DNA from: an uncultured Bacilli bacterium
GTDB taxonomy: Bacteria; Bacillota_I; Bacilli_A; RF39; UBA660
Length of the DNA stretch: 64,000 nt
Direction of reading: 5' to 3'
NCBI GenBank assembly: GCA_947630305.1
Contig: CANRHC010000001.1
Location: 520-64,519, forward strand
Made by a program: the position numbers and the translations under genes. The notes beneath the pieces were generated by a model. It saw only the letters and a list, made by a program, of their open reading frames with translations. It was not told the origin of the DNA and did no database searches. Below, piece after piece: positions 46,624-55,716 of the stretch; positions within the stretch are counted from its first letter, which is position 1; the number at the start of each line of letters is the position of its first letter.

Positions 46624-46984
46624 TCATAATCAAAACCTGATGGTCTGAATAATGACGAGCAGATGATACGTGTCCGAAGTCCTGCACTTTATCGTTATAG
46701 AATGTAACGACCACGTGCGCACCGATTGGTATATCGAGTTCAGGGGCGCAATGTATCCTTAAGCGTTTATCAAATTCTTTTGGATTACCTATTGTAGGAT
46801 TTGATAACTGCGTTGAGCCACGACAGGGTTCGTTTTTATAAAGGATAATCTCTTGAGGTTCGTTAAAGCCAGTATCTTTATTGAGAACGTTTTCATGATG
46901 ATAAACTGTCATTCTATGATGGTAAATGCTCTCAAGTACTTCTCGCTTTAAGGCTATGAGTTCAGGTGTTATCCAAGATTCCAT
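46589..46984 (-). CDS. Head-tail adaptor / head closure protein (131 aa)
   Basis: Position downstream of the capsid gene. Confidence 0.4.
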   Translation of the reverse strand: MESWITPELIALKREVLESIYHHRMTVYHHENVLNKDTGFNEPQEIILYKNEPCRGSTQLSNPTIGNPKEFDKRLRIHCAPELDIPIGAHVVVTFYNDKVQDFGHVSSARHYSDHQVLIMNEFDKDNANYA

Positions 46985-47379
46985 TACCAGTGTAATCTCC
47001 TGTAATGTTCTAGGATATAGGGATTGCCATGACGCTGTTTATTAACCCATTCATTAAAAATGGTCTCATCATCTTTACCTGCCATATTAGCGGACAGGTT
47101 GGTGTCACCCTCTGTAAACTGTCTGACGATATTTTTAAATCCGATACCGTCCTCGCTGTCTAAATTACCTGTTGACTTCTTGATAAACAAAAACTCTCCG
47201 ATAGCCATGTTAATTGCTTCATACTTAAGTTCAAGCGGAAGAACCGTCTGATTGGTATAAGCATGAAGTCTTACGATAACCCGTTCAATGGCGTGCCGGA
47301 TAATTATGTTATCGCTGTCTTTTGGGGTATAACCATAAGCGAGTAAGTATTCACGTACTGACTGAACATCAACAATCAT
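46984..47379 (-). CDS. Head-tail connector (gp6-like) protein (131 aa)
   Basis: Position directly downstream of the major capsid gene. Confidence 0.4.
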   Translation of the reverse strand: MIVDVQSVREYLLAYGYTPKDSDNIIIRHAIERVIVRLHAYTNQTVLPLELKYEAINMAIGEFLFIKKSTGNLDSEDGIGFKNIVRQFTEGDTNLSANMAGKDDETIFNEWVNKQRHGNPYILEHYRRLHW

Positions 47380-47380
47380 T

Positions 47381-48418
47381 CTATTCTTCTTTCAAAGTAC
47401 CCACGTAAACTTGGTCAGCGTACGGGAATGTAACCATAGCTGTTGTAGTACCTTTAACGTATTCTGCGACTGGGTCAACTTCACCATAATGAGTGAGTGT
47501 GATTTCTCCACTTTCAACAGTAGCAATATGATTAATTAAGTTTGATTCACGTTCAGGTGTAGAACCTCTTAACGTTTCTCCTAAAGCTCCATCAGGTAAT
47601 GCGACAAAAGTATCCTCAGGCAGGTAACGTACATTTTCACGTACCAGTTTTCCTTTAACGACTTTTTCTGTTGCATACTGTGTTTCATTAATAGAGAATG
47701 TCGGCAGTCCAAAACTGGCAAGCGCAGCGTTCATTTCTGCCGGTGTAATAAATTTAGATTTATTATTATCTCCGTTGTATGCTAAATGAAGTGCTGAGTT
47801 TTTAGTCAGTTTGTATAACCATTTTCTACTGGTTAAGATATGGGTAATTTCAAAACCGGTATCTTCTCTGATTTTTTCTTGAATGTTAAAGAGGTCTTCT
47901 AGGAAATCAGCATCATCATTCCACGTAAACTCTTTCTTATGGTCTTTTGGCATACCGAAGTCAACTTTAGTACTAAAGCCATTTTCTTCTTCGATATTGA
48001 TTTCACCTGTTATGAGTGCTTCCCATCTTAACTGTTCAATACGTGTTTCTATTCTCTGTCTAACCTTTTCAACATCATTGTAGATATTTCTGATAATATA
48101 CTGAGCCTCTGCATCGGTTCTTGGATTAGCAAGATTCATTATTTCTCTTTCATCAAGTTTCATTTTTTCCTTGATTAATCCAAGAGACTGACTACCACGC
48201 TCGTATCCTTCTCTTTGACCGATTTTGGTCGGTGTATCAAAGGCATAGAATTGAGCAGCGGTTGGCAGGTTGTATGCTCCCTTAATGATGTCTGCATCGA
48301 AACCCTCTATTTTTCTTGTAGGGAAAAGATTACCTAAACCCTCTGTCGGTATCGGATGCTTTTTTGTATAAGCTATAAGATTTTCAGGACTTAAAAGTTC
48401 ATCTATTCTAATAGTCAT
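47381..48418 (-). CDS. Major capsid protein (345 aa)
   Basis: Size and position after the scaffold gene. GGAGG RBS. Confidence 0.65.
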   Translation of the reverse strand: MTIRIDELLSPENLIAYTKKHPIPTEGLGNLFPTRKIEGFDADIIKGAYNLPTAAQFYAFDTPTKIGQREGYERGSQSLGLIKEKMKLDEREIMNLANPRTDAEAQYIIRNIYNDVEKVRQRIETRIEQLRWEALITGEINIEEENGFSTKVDFGMPKDHKKEFTWNDDADFLEDLFNIQEKIREDTGFEITHILTSRKWLYKLTKNSALHLAYNGDNNKSKFITPAEMNAALASFGLPTFSINETQYATEKVVKGKLVRENVRYLPEDTFVALPDGALGETLRGSTPERESNLINHIATVESGEITLTHYGEVDPVAEYVKGTTTAMVTFPYADQVYVGTLKEE

Positions 48419-48429
48419 TGTCTACCTCC

Positions 48430-49065
48430 TTACTCTGCTTTCTGTGCGCCGAGGTTAGTAACAGCGGTGTCTTTATCTGAAGCACCAGTACCACCCTTAG
48501 TAATTGGCAGCGGTTGTGATTCAAGTAATGCGTCTAAAGCTTCACTAGCTGATGTTGCTCCAGTACCACCCTTGTCGATTCCTAATGTTCCAGTAGCCTT
48601 GGATAAATCGAAGTTGACAGTACTTGATGATGAAGAACCACTTGATGCAGGAATACCGGTAACGAGGTTTCCTTTTTTGTCCGTAAAATCAATGTTCGGG
48701 AGTTTAGCGTGTACAGCCTCTCCCAGTTTTACGTTCCATTCTTGGTCGCCCCAGTCCATGTAGTCACCCTGAACAATGCCTTTGTACATGATTGCGCCAT
48801 CAGCATTTCCATAGGTAACATCCACATTTGAAAATAAAATTCCGATAGGGTCAGAATCGAATGTAACGCTGTCTTCTGTGAATGTAGGTTTTAAAACTTT
48901 ACCGTCTTTATCAATGTATGAACCTTTTACAGCGATTTTGTGTCCGAGTTCATTAGGCTCTATCCCGTCCGGTACGATTGTGTGTGAGATGGTGACAAGC
49001 CCTTTCTCGTGCGCTAAAAATTCAATAGTCGGTTCAACCTGATAATTTGGATGTATATAGTGCAT
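48430..49065 (-). CDS. Head protein (possible decoration protein) with C-terminal GGTGA(T/S) repeats, 211 aa
   Basis: Sits between scaffold and major capsid genes. ...DKGGTGATSASE...TKGGTGASDKD repeats. Confidence 0.4.
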   Translation of the reverse strand: MHYIHPNYQVEPTIEFLAHEKGLVTISHTIVPDGIEPNELGHKIAVKGSYIDKDGKVLKPTFTEDSVTFDSDPIGILFSNVDVTYGNADGAIMYKGIVQGDYMDWGDQEWNVKLGEAVHAKLPNIDFTDKKGNLVTGIPASSGSSSSSTVNFDLSKATGTLGIDKGGTGATSASEALDALLESQPLPITKGGTGASDKDTAVTNLGAQKAE

Positions 49066-49089
49066 ATAAACCCTCCTAAGAATTTTTAA

Positions 49090-49103
49090 TGTAAACGTTT
49101 ACA
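49090..49103. promoter_or_regulatory. Perfect 14-bp palindrome TGTAAACGTTTACA
   Basis: Shares the AATGTAAACGTTT core with the two repeats at 6375-6590. Lies between a hairpin and the RBS of the head-protein gene. Confidence 0.5.
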
Positions 49104-49111
49104 ATAAAGCG

Positions 49112-49141
49112 TAAAAAAATAGGTGATTAAACACCACCTAT
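49112..49141 (-). terminator. Intercistronic hairpin plus U-tract (minus strand) after the scaffold gene
   Basis: Minus strand reads ATAGGTGGTGTTTAATCACCTAT followed by TTTTTTTACGC. Confidence 0.45.
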
Positions 49142-49792
49142 ACTGACAGAATCCCAGAACGCCTGTGCATTAGCTTGATTTTCCTGCACCTTTGCTTCCG
49201 CCTCTTGACCGATAATAGCACCAATTAACTGGCTTTCGGTATCAGTAGGTTTCGGCTCAGGTATATCTGTAACGCCTGCTGAATTAGGGTCGTAACCACC
49301 TCTGTCAACCTCAGGAGTTACCGGTTCTGTTACGGGTTCTGTTTGTATGTTTCTAAGATAATCGTATTTACTGTTATTGATAATTGCATCTATCTGTTCG
49401 GTAAGACCGCTGTATGTACCATCATTTGCTTTAACGACTTTTTCCGAATCAATCAGATTGACCACAAGGTCAGGGTCTATAAAATCGTTTTTCTGTAACT
49501 CATTTAAGATAGCGTTGTTTTTGCGTTCGAGTTCAAACTCGGTCTGCATTTGGGTCATTTTGTTTTTATATTCTTCTATCTTCTTTTGCAGACCCTCGTT
49601 ATCTTTATTTGAGTTCTTTAAACTGTTGATGGTTGAATTAGCTGTTGTAATCTCACCGTTTAGTTTTTCAACCTGTGCCTGTAACGAATTTATCTCATTA
49701 ACTTTTTTTCCTATATCTTTACTGTGTTCGTTTAATATAGAATCGATTTGATTTTTCTCTAAACCGAAACTTTCCAAAAATGTACGTTCCAT
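49127..49792 (-). CDS. Capsid scaffolding protein (221 aa)
   Basis: Coiled-coil, Glu/Lys-rich. Position between portal/minor head and capsid genes. Confidence 0.55.
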   Translation of the reverse strand: MERTFLESFGLEKNQIDSILNEHSKDIGKKVNEINSLQAQVEKLNGEITTANSTINSLKNSNKDNEGLQKKIEEYKNKMTQMQTEFELERKNNAILNELQKNDFIDPDLVVNLIDSEKVVKANDGTYSGLTEQIDAIINNSKYDYLRNIQTEPVTEPVTPEVDRGGYDPNSAGVTDIPEPKPTDTESQLIGAIIGQEAEAKVQENQANAQAFWDSVSIGGV

Positions 49793-49797
49793 AATTT

Positions 49798-50181
49798 TTA
49801 CTCCTCTTCAGTCAGAACATTAATACGTCCAAAAACTCTAAGTGTCAGCAAAGCTTTTTCATGACCTATTCCGTCCGTTTCAATCTCAATGGAATTGACT
49901 CCATTAAGTGGAATACCGTTAAAGAATACCGTTTTATAATTCCCCTTACTGTCATAGACAATTTCATAATTATCCTGAATAAACGGGTCGGTTAATTTAT
50001 CCTCTTCTCTTCTTTGCTCAACCTTTTTTTGAATGGCTTTTTGTTCAATAGAGTTGAGTGAATCCTCTAAACTTTGGATTCTTTGAAGAGTTTCCTCATT
50101 CTTCCACTTTTCGTACTCTGCTTTCTGTTTGCGTATTGCTTTTCTGTGAATGAATCGTTGTAAAAATTTTGGTTTTTTCAT
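49798..50181 (-). CDS. Hypothetical head-module protein (127 aa)
   Basis: ORF. Basic N-terminus. Confidence 0.4.
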   Translation of the reverse strand: MKKPKFLQRFIHRKAIRKQKAEYEKWKNEETLQRIQSLEDSLNSIEQKAIQKKVEQRREEDKLTDPFIQDNYEIVYDSKGNYKTVFFNGIPLNGVNSIEIETDGIGHEKALLTLRVFGRINVLTEEE

Positions 50182-50439
50182 ATGTTGTAATACTCCTTCG
50201 TTTTGTTATCGCAGTTCACATCTGCATGGAAAGGGTGCTTTTATCGTCATCCCAAGACAATATTTAAATGTTGAGTTCAGAAATAGGAAGCTCGAGAAAA
50301 TTTTCATTAAAAGCCTGAACCACATACTCTTTAGGAAGAGTGAAATGGTAAACATTGTATATAGCATTTTCTCCAAGCATCCACATCTCAACGTCAACAA
50401 ATTTATCAGGGTGTAATACGTTTTTAGTAACTTTAATTT

Positions 50440-51279
50440 TCATTTTCTAACGTGTACTAAATACTCGTTTCGTTTTCCATCTCCGCCCTTACCTGTCATA
50501 ATGGTATGGTCTGTATCAGAAAACCAAAGATGGATATCATCTAAATCACCATGAAAGTAAATATAATCGCTCGGCAGGCAGTTAAGATACTGAATGAGTT
50601 CCATACTCTGTCCCTCATCAAAGGTATTCTTATACTGTCTTTGTTCAGATTTCGGATAGGGCGGGTCAACGATAATCAGACTTTTACTGTCAAAATTGGC
50701 AGAGTGTTTTATCAGAAAGTCCATATAGTCTAAATTTTCAAGCGTTATCTGTTTTAGTACGTCAATGTATTTTCTTTGTTTATCTGTTTTTAAGTATCTG
50801 CTGAATGTAGCAAAATCAGATAATCGTATTTTGTCATGTGTTGATACGCCTGAGAATGTAAAGTTAGAGCCTAAAGCAAAATAACGCCAGTACTTTTCAG
50901 GGACGTTATCTTTTATAATAGTCTGTAAGGTTTTACGCTCTTTGTCTTTTAACATAATCGAATCAACATTGACTTTGCTCCCGTCCTCTAAAAACATGAC
51001 AGCTTGATTACCATTATAGGTTGTACGTTTTAAGCCTGCCTTATACCCCAGTTCAACGACCTTATCTTTTAAGTCAAGATAGGTTTCATAGTCATCAAAA
51101 AAGTGGTCGTAATCATTTGCGACAGCCTTTTCAACCAGACCGTCATTGTACAGATTTACCGATAGTACACAGCTTCCACCAAAGGGTTCGTACGCCGAAT
51201 CGTACCGGTAATCTTTAACAATACCTGCCACCTTTTTATAAGCGTTACGTTTACTTCCACTAAAGGGAATAATTATCAT
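50440..51279 (-). CDS. DNA adenine (N6) methyltransferase, Dam/D12-class, paralogue 2
   Basis: IIPFSGSKRNAYKK, YEPFGGSCVLSVNL and IVDPPYPKSE (DPPY). Confidence 0.75.
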   Translation of the reverse strand: MIIIPFSGSKRNAYKKVAGIVKDYRYDSAYEPFGGSCVLSVNLYNDGLVEKAVANDYDHFFDDYETYLDLKDKVVELGYKAGLKRTTYNGNQAVMFLEDGSKVNVDSIMLKDKERKTLQTIIKDNVPEKYWRYFALGSNFTFSGVSTHDKIRLSDFATFSRYLKTDKQRKYIDVLKQITLENLDYMDFLIKHSANFDSKSLIIVDPPYPKSEQRQYKNTFDEGQSMELIQYLNCLPSDYIYFHGDLDDIHLWFSDTDHTIMTGKGGDGKRNEYLVHVRK

Positions 51280-51302
51280 ATTCGAGAAATAAATAAGACG
51301 TC

Positions 51303-52184
51303 CTAAGACGCCTTGTGTACATAAATTAAATATTCTTCTGCGCTGTGAGTAAAAAACTTTGTTCTCCTCATTCCGGTTCGTTTTATCTCACAGTCTATCC
51401 CATCAAACCATTTATTTATTCTGTCTAAATCCCTGTTAAAGAATATATAATCACAGGGAAGTTTTTGCAGTTCATCAATCAGTCTTAACGTGTCCTGCTC
51501 GTCAAATTTACCTTTATACTGTCCTTGGTCGGTATTAACATAAGGTGGGTCGGCTATTATTAAACAGTCTTTATCAAACTCATCTCGGTATTTATTCAGA
51601 AAGTCTAAATAATCAAGATGCTCAATCTCACATCTTTTTAGAACATCAAGATAAGCTCTCTGTTTATCAGTCTTTAAATAACTGCTGAACATGGTAAAGT
51701 CTTTTATCCGGATTACGTCATGTTGAGCCACAGTACTAAAGCAAAAATTATTACCAAGAGTAAAGTAACGCCAAAATTTCTCCGGTACGTTTTCAGCAAT
51801 TATTCTCTGAATCGTTTCCCTGTCTTTACCATGTAATACTCTACTTTTTAAGGGTACGATATTGTTATTTTCATCTCGGTAATAAGCATGATATTTAGAA
51901 CAATGAGATGTCTTTTTAAGTCCTGCTTTATAACCTAAGTCAACGACCTTATCTTTTAAGTCAAGGTATTCCTCATAGTCATCAAAGAACCTGTCATAGT
52001 CATTGACGACCGCTCTACTGACCAAACCATCATTAAGAAGATTAACTGATAAGACACCTGAGCCACCAAAGGGTTCATAGACTGTTTTATAATTTTCTGT
52101 TTCTATGTAAGGCTTGATGTACTTGTAACTATATTTCTTACTTCCACTAAATGGAATACTAATCATAAACAATAAAAAAGACAC
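51303..52184 (-). CDS. DNA adenine (N6) methyltransferase, Dam/D12-class, paralogue 1
   Basis: SIPFSGSKKYSYKY, YEPFGGSGVLSVNL and IIADPPYVNTDQGQY. Colinear with 50440-51279. Confidence 0.75.
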   Translation of the reverse strand: MSFLLFMISIPFSGSKKYSYKYIKPYIETENYKTVYEPFGGSGVLSVNLLNDGLVSRAVVNDYDRFFDDYEEYLDLKDKVVDLGYKAGLKKTSHCSKYHAYYRDENNNIVPLKSRVLHGKDRETIQRIIAENVPEKFWRYFTLGNNFCFSTVAQHDVIRIKDFTMFSSYLKTDKQRAYLDVLKRCEIEHLDYLDFLNKYRDEFDKDCLIIADPPYVNTDQGQYKGKFDEQDTLRLIDELQKLPCDYIFFNRDLDRINKWFDGIDCEIKRTGMRRTKFFTHSAEEYLIYVHKAS

Positions 52185-52208
52185 CCATTACTGAGTGTCT
52201 GTTAATTA

Positions 52209-52391
52209 CTAAATAACTTCTACTGAGGTGACCGGTATGGATGTTTTAACGGACATACAACCTAAATCATCTATTATAATCTCAGGTAAAGTTGTTCCAC
52301 AAATATTACATACCTCTTTACCGGTATCCTCATCTATAAAATGCAAATCAAATCTTTCGTCAAAGCCTTGCTGTTCAAATAAAAGTTTCAT
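52209..52391 (-). CDS. Small zinc-ribbon protein (60 aa)
   Basis: CNICG...C motif. Confidence 0.35.
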   Translation of the reverse strand: MKLLFEQQGFDERFDLHFIDEDTGKEVCNICGTTLPEIIIDDLGCMSVKTSIPVTSVEVI

Positions 52392-52511
52392 TTAAAATCA
52401 TCTACTGTAACTGTATAAACAGGATAATCGTACTTTATCTTTATCGAATTACCCTTGTTATCTGTTTCTACTATCACATACTTATCTGAATGAAAATTAA
52501 AATCTTCATCC

Positions 52512-52742
52512 TTAGAAGTCCAACTTTTCCACTTGAACATCATTTTTAAAAGCTAATAATCTAATGGTCATCATTGTGGCATTACCGTATTCTTTTAGAA
52601 TGTCATTACTTTCCTCGTTTAAAGAATATTTTTTACCATCGTATTCAACCTCATACATGGTCGGTAATAACTCACAAACAGAATCACCATACTCGTCCTC
52701 TATGTCAAATAAACTATTGTCGTTAAATAATACTATCTTCAT
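52512..52742 (-). CDS. Hypothetical protein (76 aa)
   Basis: ORF. Confidence 0.35.
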   Translation of the reverse strand: MKIVLFNDNSLFDIEDEYGDSVCELLPTMYEVEYDGKKYSLNEESNDILKEYGNATMMTIRLLAFKNDVQVEKLDF

Positions 52743-52920
52743 CTAATTTAAAATTTTTGTAGAAATCTACATTTTCTTTATCTTTTTGAACATTAACTAA
52801 TTTAGCTCTTCTCTTAAAACGTTTTCTTGCGTCTTTATTAAATAAAGGACGTTTAAGATTATAATGTTCAAATTCAGATTTTTTCATTTTATTCAATATG
52901 TTCTGAATACCATATGTCAT
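52723..52920 (-). CDS. Hypothetical basic protein (65 aa)
   Basis: ORF overlapping its neighbours. Confidence 0.3.
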   Translation of the reverse strand: MTYGIQNILNKMKKSEFEHYNLKRPLFNKDARKRFKRRAKLVNVQKDKENVDFYKNFKLDEDSII

Positions 52921-53941
52921 AGGTATTCTCTATCTCGTACACATCTCCTGTCAGCCAGTTAATAGCGGTTATAATCGGTGTCAGTACACACCTACAATGA
53001 TGATGAATTGGGGGTGCGTTCTCCCAAGGAATAACGTCCTCAACGGGTATTACGTTACCGTCTAATTCTCCGCAGGTCTCACAGGTTTTTTCATCAAGTA
53101 TCGCTGTATAAATACATTCAAGTATCTCAAGGGTCGTATAATTCTCCTGTGTACCCCTTGTACCAAAATAAGTCGAATCGGTAATTATCGAACGTCTTAA
53201 CTCATTTCGTTTAGTCTTAAACATTCGCTCAAGCTCTAACGCCACCGTTTGCGAGTCTGTACGCTCCATACTAACTAACCGTCCAACTAAATTGTTTAAC
53301 TCACCTGCAAAAGAACGTCCGTAACGCCATACCGCATCATCAAAAGTTTCACCTGTTGACCGCCATGTTTCAGAAAGGATTGTAGCGAGGGTTAGTAGTT
53401 TTAAGTCCTCATCATCTTTACCATAACCGGCAGCTTTAAAGACCTCGTATTGACTTCTGTAATACGCATCATCTACTGTTTCCTCCATTAAGTCGTAAAC
53501 GTGTTTGTTTAGGACACTATATAAATAGAAGATTTTAGTTCGTATTCGAAGTTTAAGTCCGTCAATTCTGCGTGTACGGGTATTTAAGTTTTCAATCTGA
53601 TTTTGTATATCCTTATCAAACTCAAGTCCCTCAACCTCAAGCTGTAATTGGATAGTGTTTATATCGTTTTTAATCTCTGAAATTTCTTGTTTTGTTAGTG
53701 CAATCAGATTGGCGTAAAAGTCCATTTGACCATCAACACCATATCTTGCGACATAACTGTCAACAAGGGTTTGTATCTGCTCTTGTATTAAAGAGAACAG
53801 ATAGATAATCTCATTGTTTAAATCATCAACCAGTTCATCTCTATGCTGTTGAATTTTAGTAAACTGTTTCTCCCAGTATTCAGGGGTTAATTCTTTTATC
53901 TTATTAAGTATGTTTTCCTTTTCTTTTTTACTTAATCTCAT
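52889..53941 (-). CDS. Minor head / head morphogenesis protein (Mu F / SPP1 gp7-like), 350 aa
   Basis: Follows the portal gene. C-terminal CETCGELDG...HHHCRCVL is typical of this family. Confidence 0.6.
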   Translation of the reverse strand: MRLSKKEKENILNKIKELTPEYWEKQFTKIQQHRDELVDDLNNEIIYLFSLIQEQIQTLVDSYVARYGVDGQMDFYANLIALTKQEISEIKNDINTIQLQLEVEGLEFDKDIQNQIENLNTRTRRIDGLKLRIRTKIFYLYSVLNKHVYDLMEETVDDAYYRSQYEVFKAAGYGKDDEDLKLLTLATILSETWRSTGETFDDAVWRYGRSFAGELNNLVGRLVSMERTDSQTVALELERMFKTKRNELRRSIITDSTYFGTRGTQENYTTLEILECIYTAILDEKTCETCGELDGNVIPVEDVIPWENAPPIHHHCRCVLTPIITAINWLTGDVYEIENTYDIWYSEHIE

Positions 53942-55602
53942 TTCTTAACCTGTGTAGAATTAGTTACCTTTTTAGACTGGGTATATTTTTCCGGTTGTTT
54001 TGATTTAATCTCACTAGATGACCTGTTTATCTGATAGTCAGGTTGACGGGTGTCAGAAGTACTTCTATTATAATTAGAATATCTGTACCGGTAATTTGAG
54101 CCATAGTAGTTAGACCTGTTGGTACTCATAGCCGGCACCTCCATTTTCATTTCCTCCTGTTTTTCCTTTTCAATCCGCTTGATTTCATCATCAACGTCAT
54201 AGACTAACGGATTATTTTCAAGGGCGGTTCGTAAAGAGGTAAAGCCTAAACAGAGTCTAGCGTTATTTACCATGTCGGTCATATTCTTAACCTTACCGTC
54301 ATTCCATTGTATCTCTATTAGGGTTTCATCTATTTCTTTACCTAAATGTTTTGCGACCTCACGTATTAAAATAACAAAGCCTTTTTCAAACTGGGTACGT
54401 GTGGCAGCACATTTTAAGTCAAGGAGTGAGTATCTAAACTCAATAGCTTCCGCATTGGAGTAATTGAGATTATCATCATTTATATCAAGTCCCATACCCT
54501 GTTCATAAATAGCCTTTCTTGTTGACTCCAAGGATTCCTTATAAGCATCTACTGGAATTTCAACAGCTAATGTTTCAAGGGATGGTTGAATTTTTTCATC
54601 AGGATATCCGCTCTCAAGCTTAACCAGTTTTTTACGTTTAAGATTTTCCATAAAGTCCTCGGCAGGTTCTGCACCATAGCCTGAGAGAATAAATATCATC
54701 TTTTGGAAATCTTCCTCGTCATTGATAAACTGTGAATTAACAAGGTCGTATGCATCTATTAATTCCTTTATCGGGTCTAAGTCAGAGCGTTCCAGTTCAT
54801 TATTTCTAAAACAGATAAAGGGTACTCTGTCAAATCCATGCTTGTAAACATGGGTCTTTTCATACTTACCTGTATCAGAGGCATAATAGAAAAATCTAGG
54901 ATATTCTTTTAGACCATACTGTACCGTTGACTTTTCCTTTTTACGGTAACAGTAGCAAAAGGTATCATCCCAGTACTCCCATACCTCATAGAGTTCCCCG
55001 TCGGTCGGGTCTCGGTATTTGTAATGTCTGAGTAGCCATAGTAGTTCTCGGTTGACCGTATTACCCCATTCAGCTATGATTTCTTTAGGATTAATGGAAG
55101 CATACTTAAACTCTCCCTTGTCATCATCCTCACCTAAATGGGAGCCTGTTTTCCAGTAGTGTAACCATCCAACACCTGTGTTACTGGCATTAATAGACAG
55201 GGAGCGAACCTCACTATAAAAGTAGTTACCGAGAGTTTTCTTTATTTCCTTGTCAAGAAGTTTACCCTCATCTTTTTCTGTATGCTTATGCTCCGTTGAG
55301 TTATAATGTACAACGTCCTCATCTGCTACATCTTTTTCTTTATAGTGAGTTAAGAATTTAATTCCATTTTTGAAGTTATAAGCGTATTTCTGTTCCACAA
55401 GTAATGGGTACAGACCTGAGGGGATTCTTCTATTAGCGTTTCTAGGACTTTCTTTATCCTCTTGTGGTAAAGTAATATTTTTAATATCGTTATCAGAACG
55501 GTAATAGCGTTCCCCAATTTCAGCGTGGTCGACGAATTTCTGATGTTCTAATTCGTTCGCACTAATCAGCTTCTTTATAGCTTGTATCTTCAATGTACTC
55601 AT
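53938..55602 (-). CDS. Portal protein (554 aa)
   Basis: Size and position immediately after the terminase. Acidic/basic C-terminal tail. Confidence 0.65.
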   Translation of the reverse strand: MSTLKIQAIKKLISANELEHQKFVDHAEIGERYYRSDNDIKNITLPQEDKESPRNANRRIPSGLYPLLVEQKYAYNFKNGIKFLTHYKEKDVADEDVVHYNSTEHKHTEKDEGKLLDKEIKKTLGNYFYSEVRSLSINASNTGVGWLHYWKTGSHLGEDDDKGEFKYASINPKEIIAEWGNTVNRELLWLLRHYKYRDPTDGELYEVWEYWDDTFCYCYRKKEKSTVQYGLKEYPRFFYYASDTGKYEKTHVYKHGFDRVPFICFRNNELERSDLDPIKELIDAYDLVNSQFINDEEDFQKMIFILSGYGAEPAEDFMENLKRKKLVKLESGYPDEKIQPSLETLAVEIPVDAYKESLESTRKAIYEQGMGLDINDDNLNYSNAEAIEFRYSLLDLKCAATRTQFEKGFVILIREVAKHLGKEIDETLIEIQWNDGKVKNMTDMVNNARLCLGFTSLRTALENNPLVYDVDDEIKRIEKEKQEEMKMEVPAMSTNRSNYYGSNYRYRYSNYNRSTSDTRQPDYQINRSSSEIKSKQPEKYTQSKKVTNSTQVKK

Positions 55603-55716
55603 TGTATGCCTCTATTGCTTGTGGGGATAAATACTCGAGCCAGTCTAATCGGCTGACAAACTCATCCTCGGTTAGTTCAGAATACGTGTATCTATAATCG
55701 TCATCATACTTATTCA

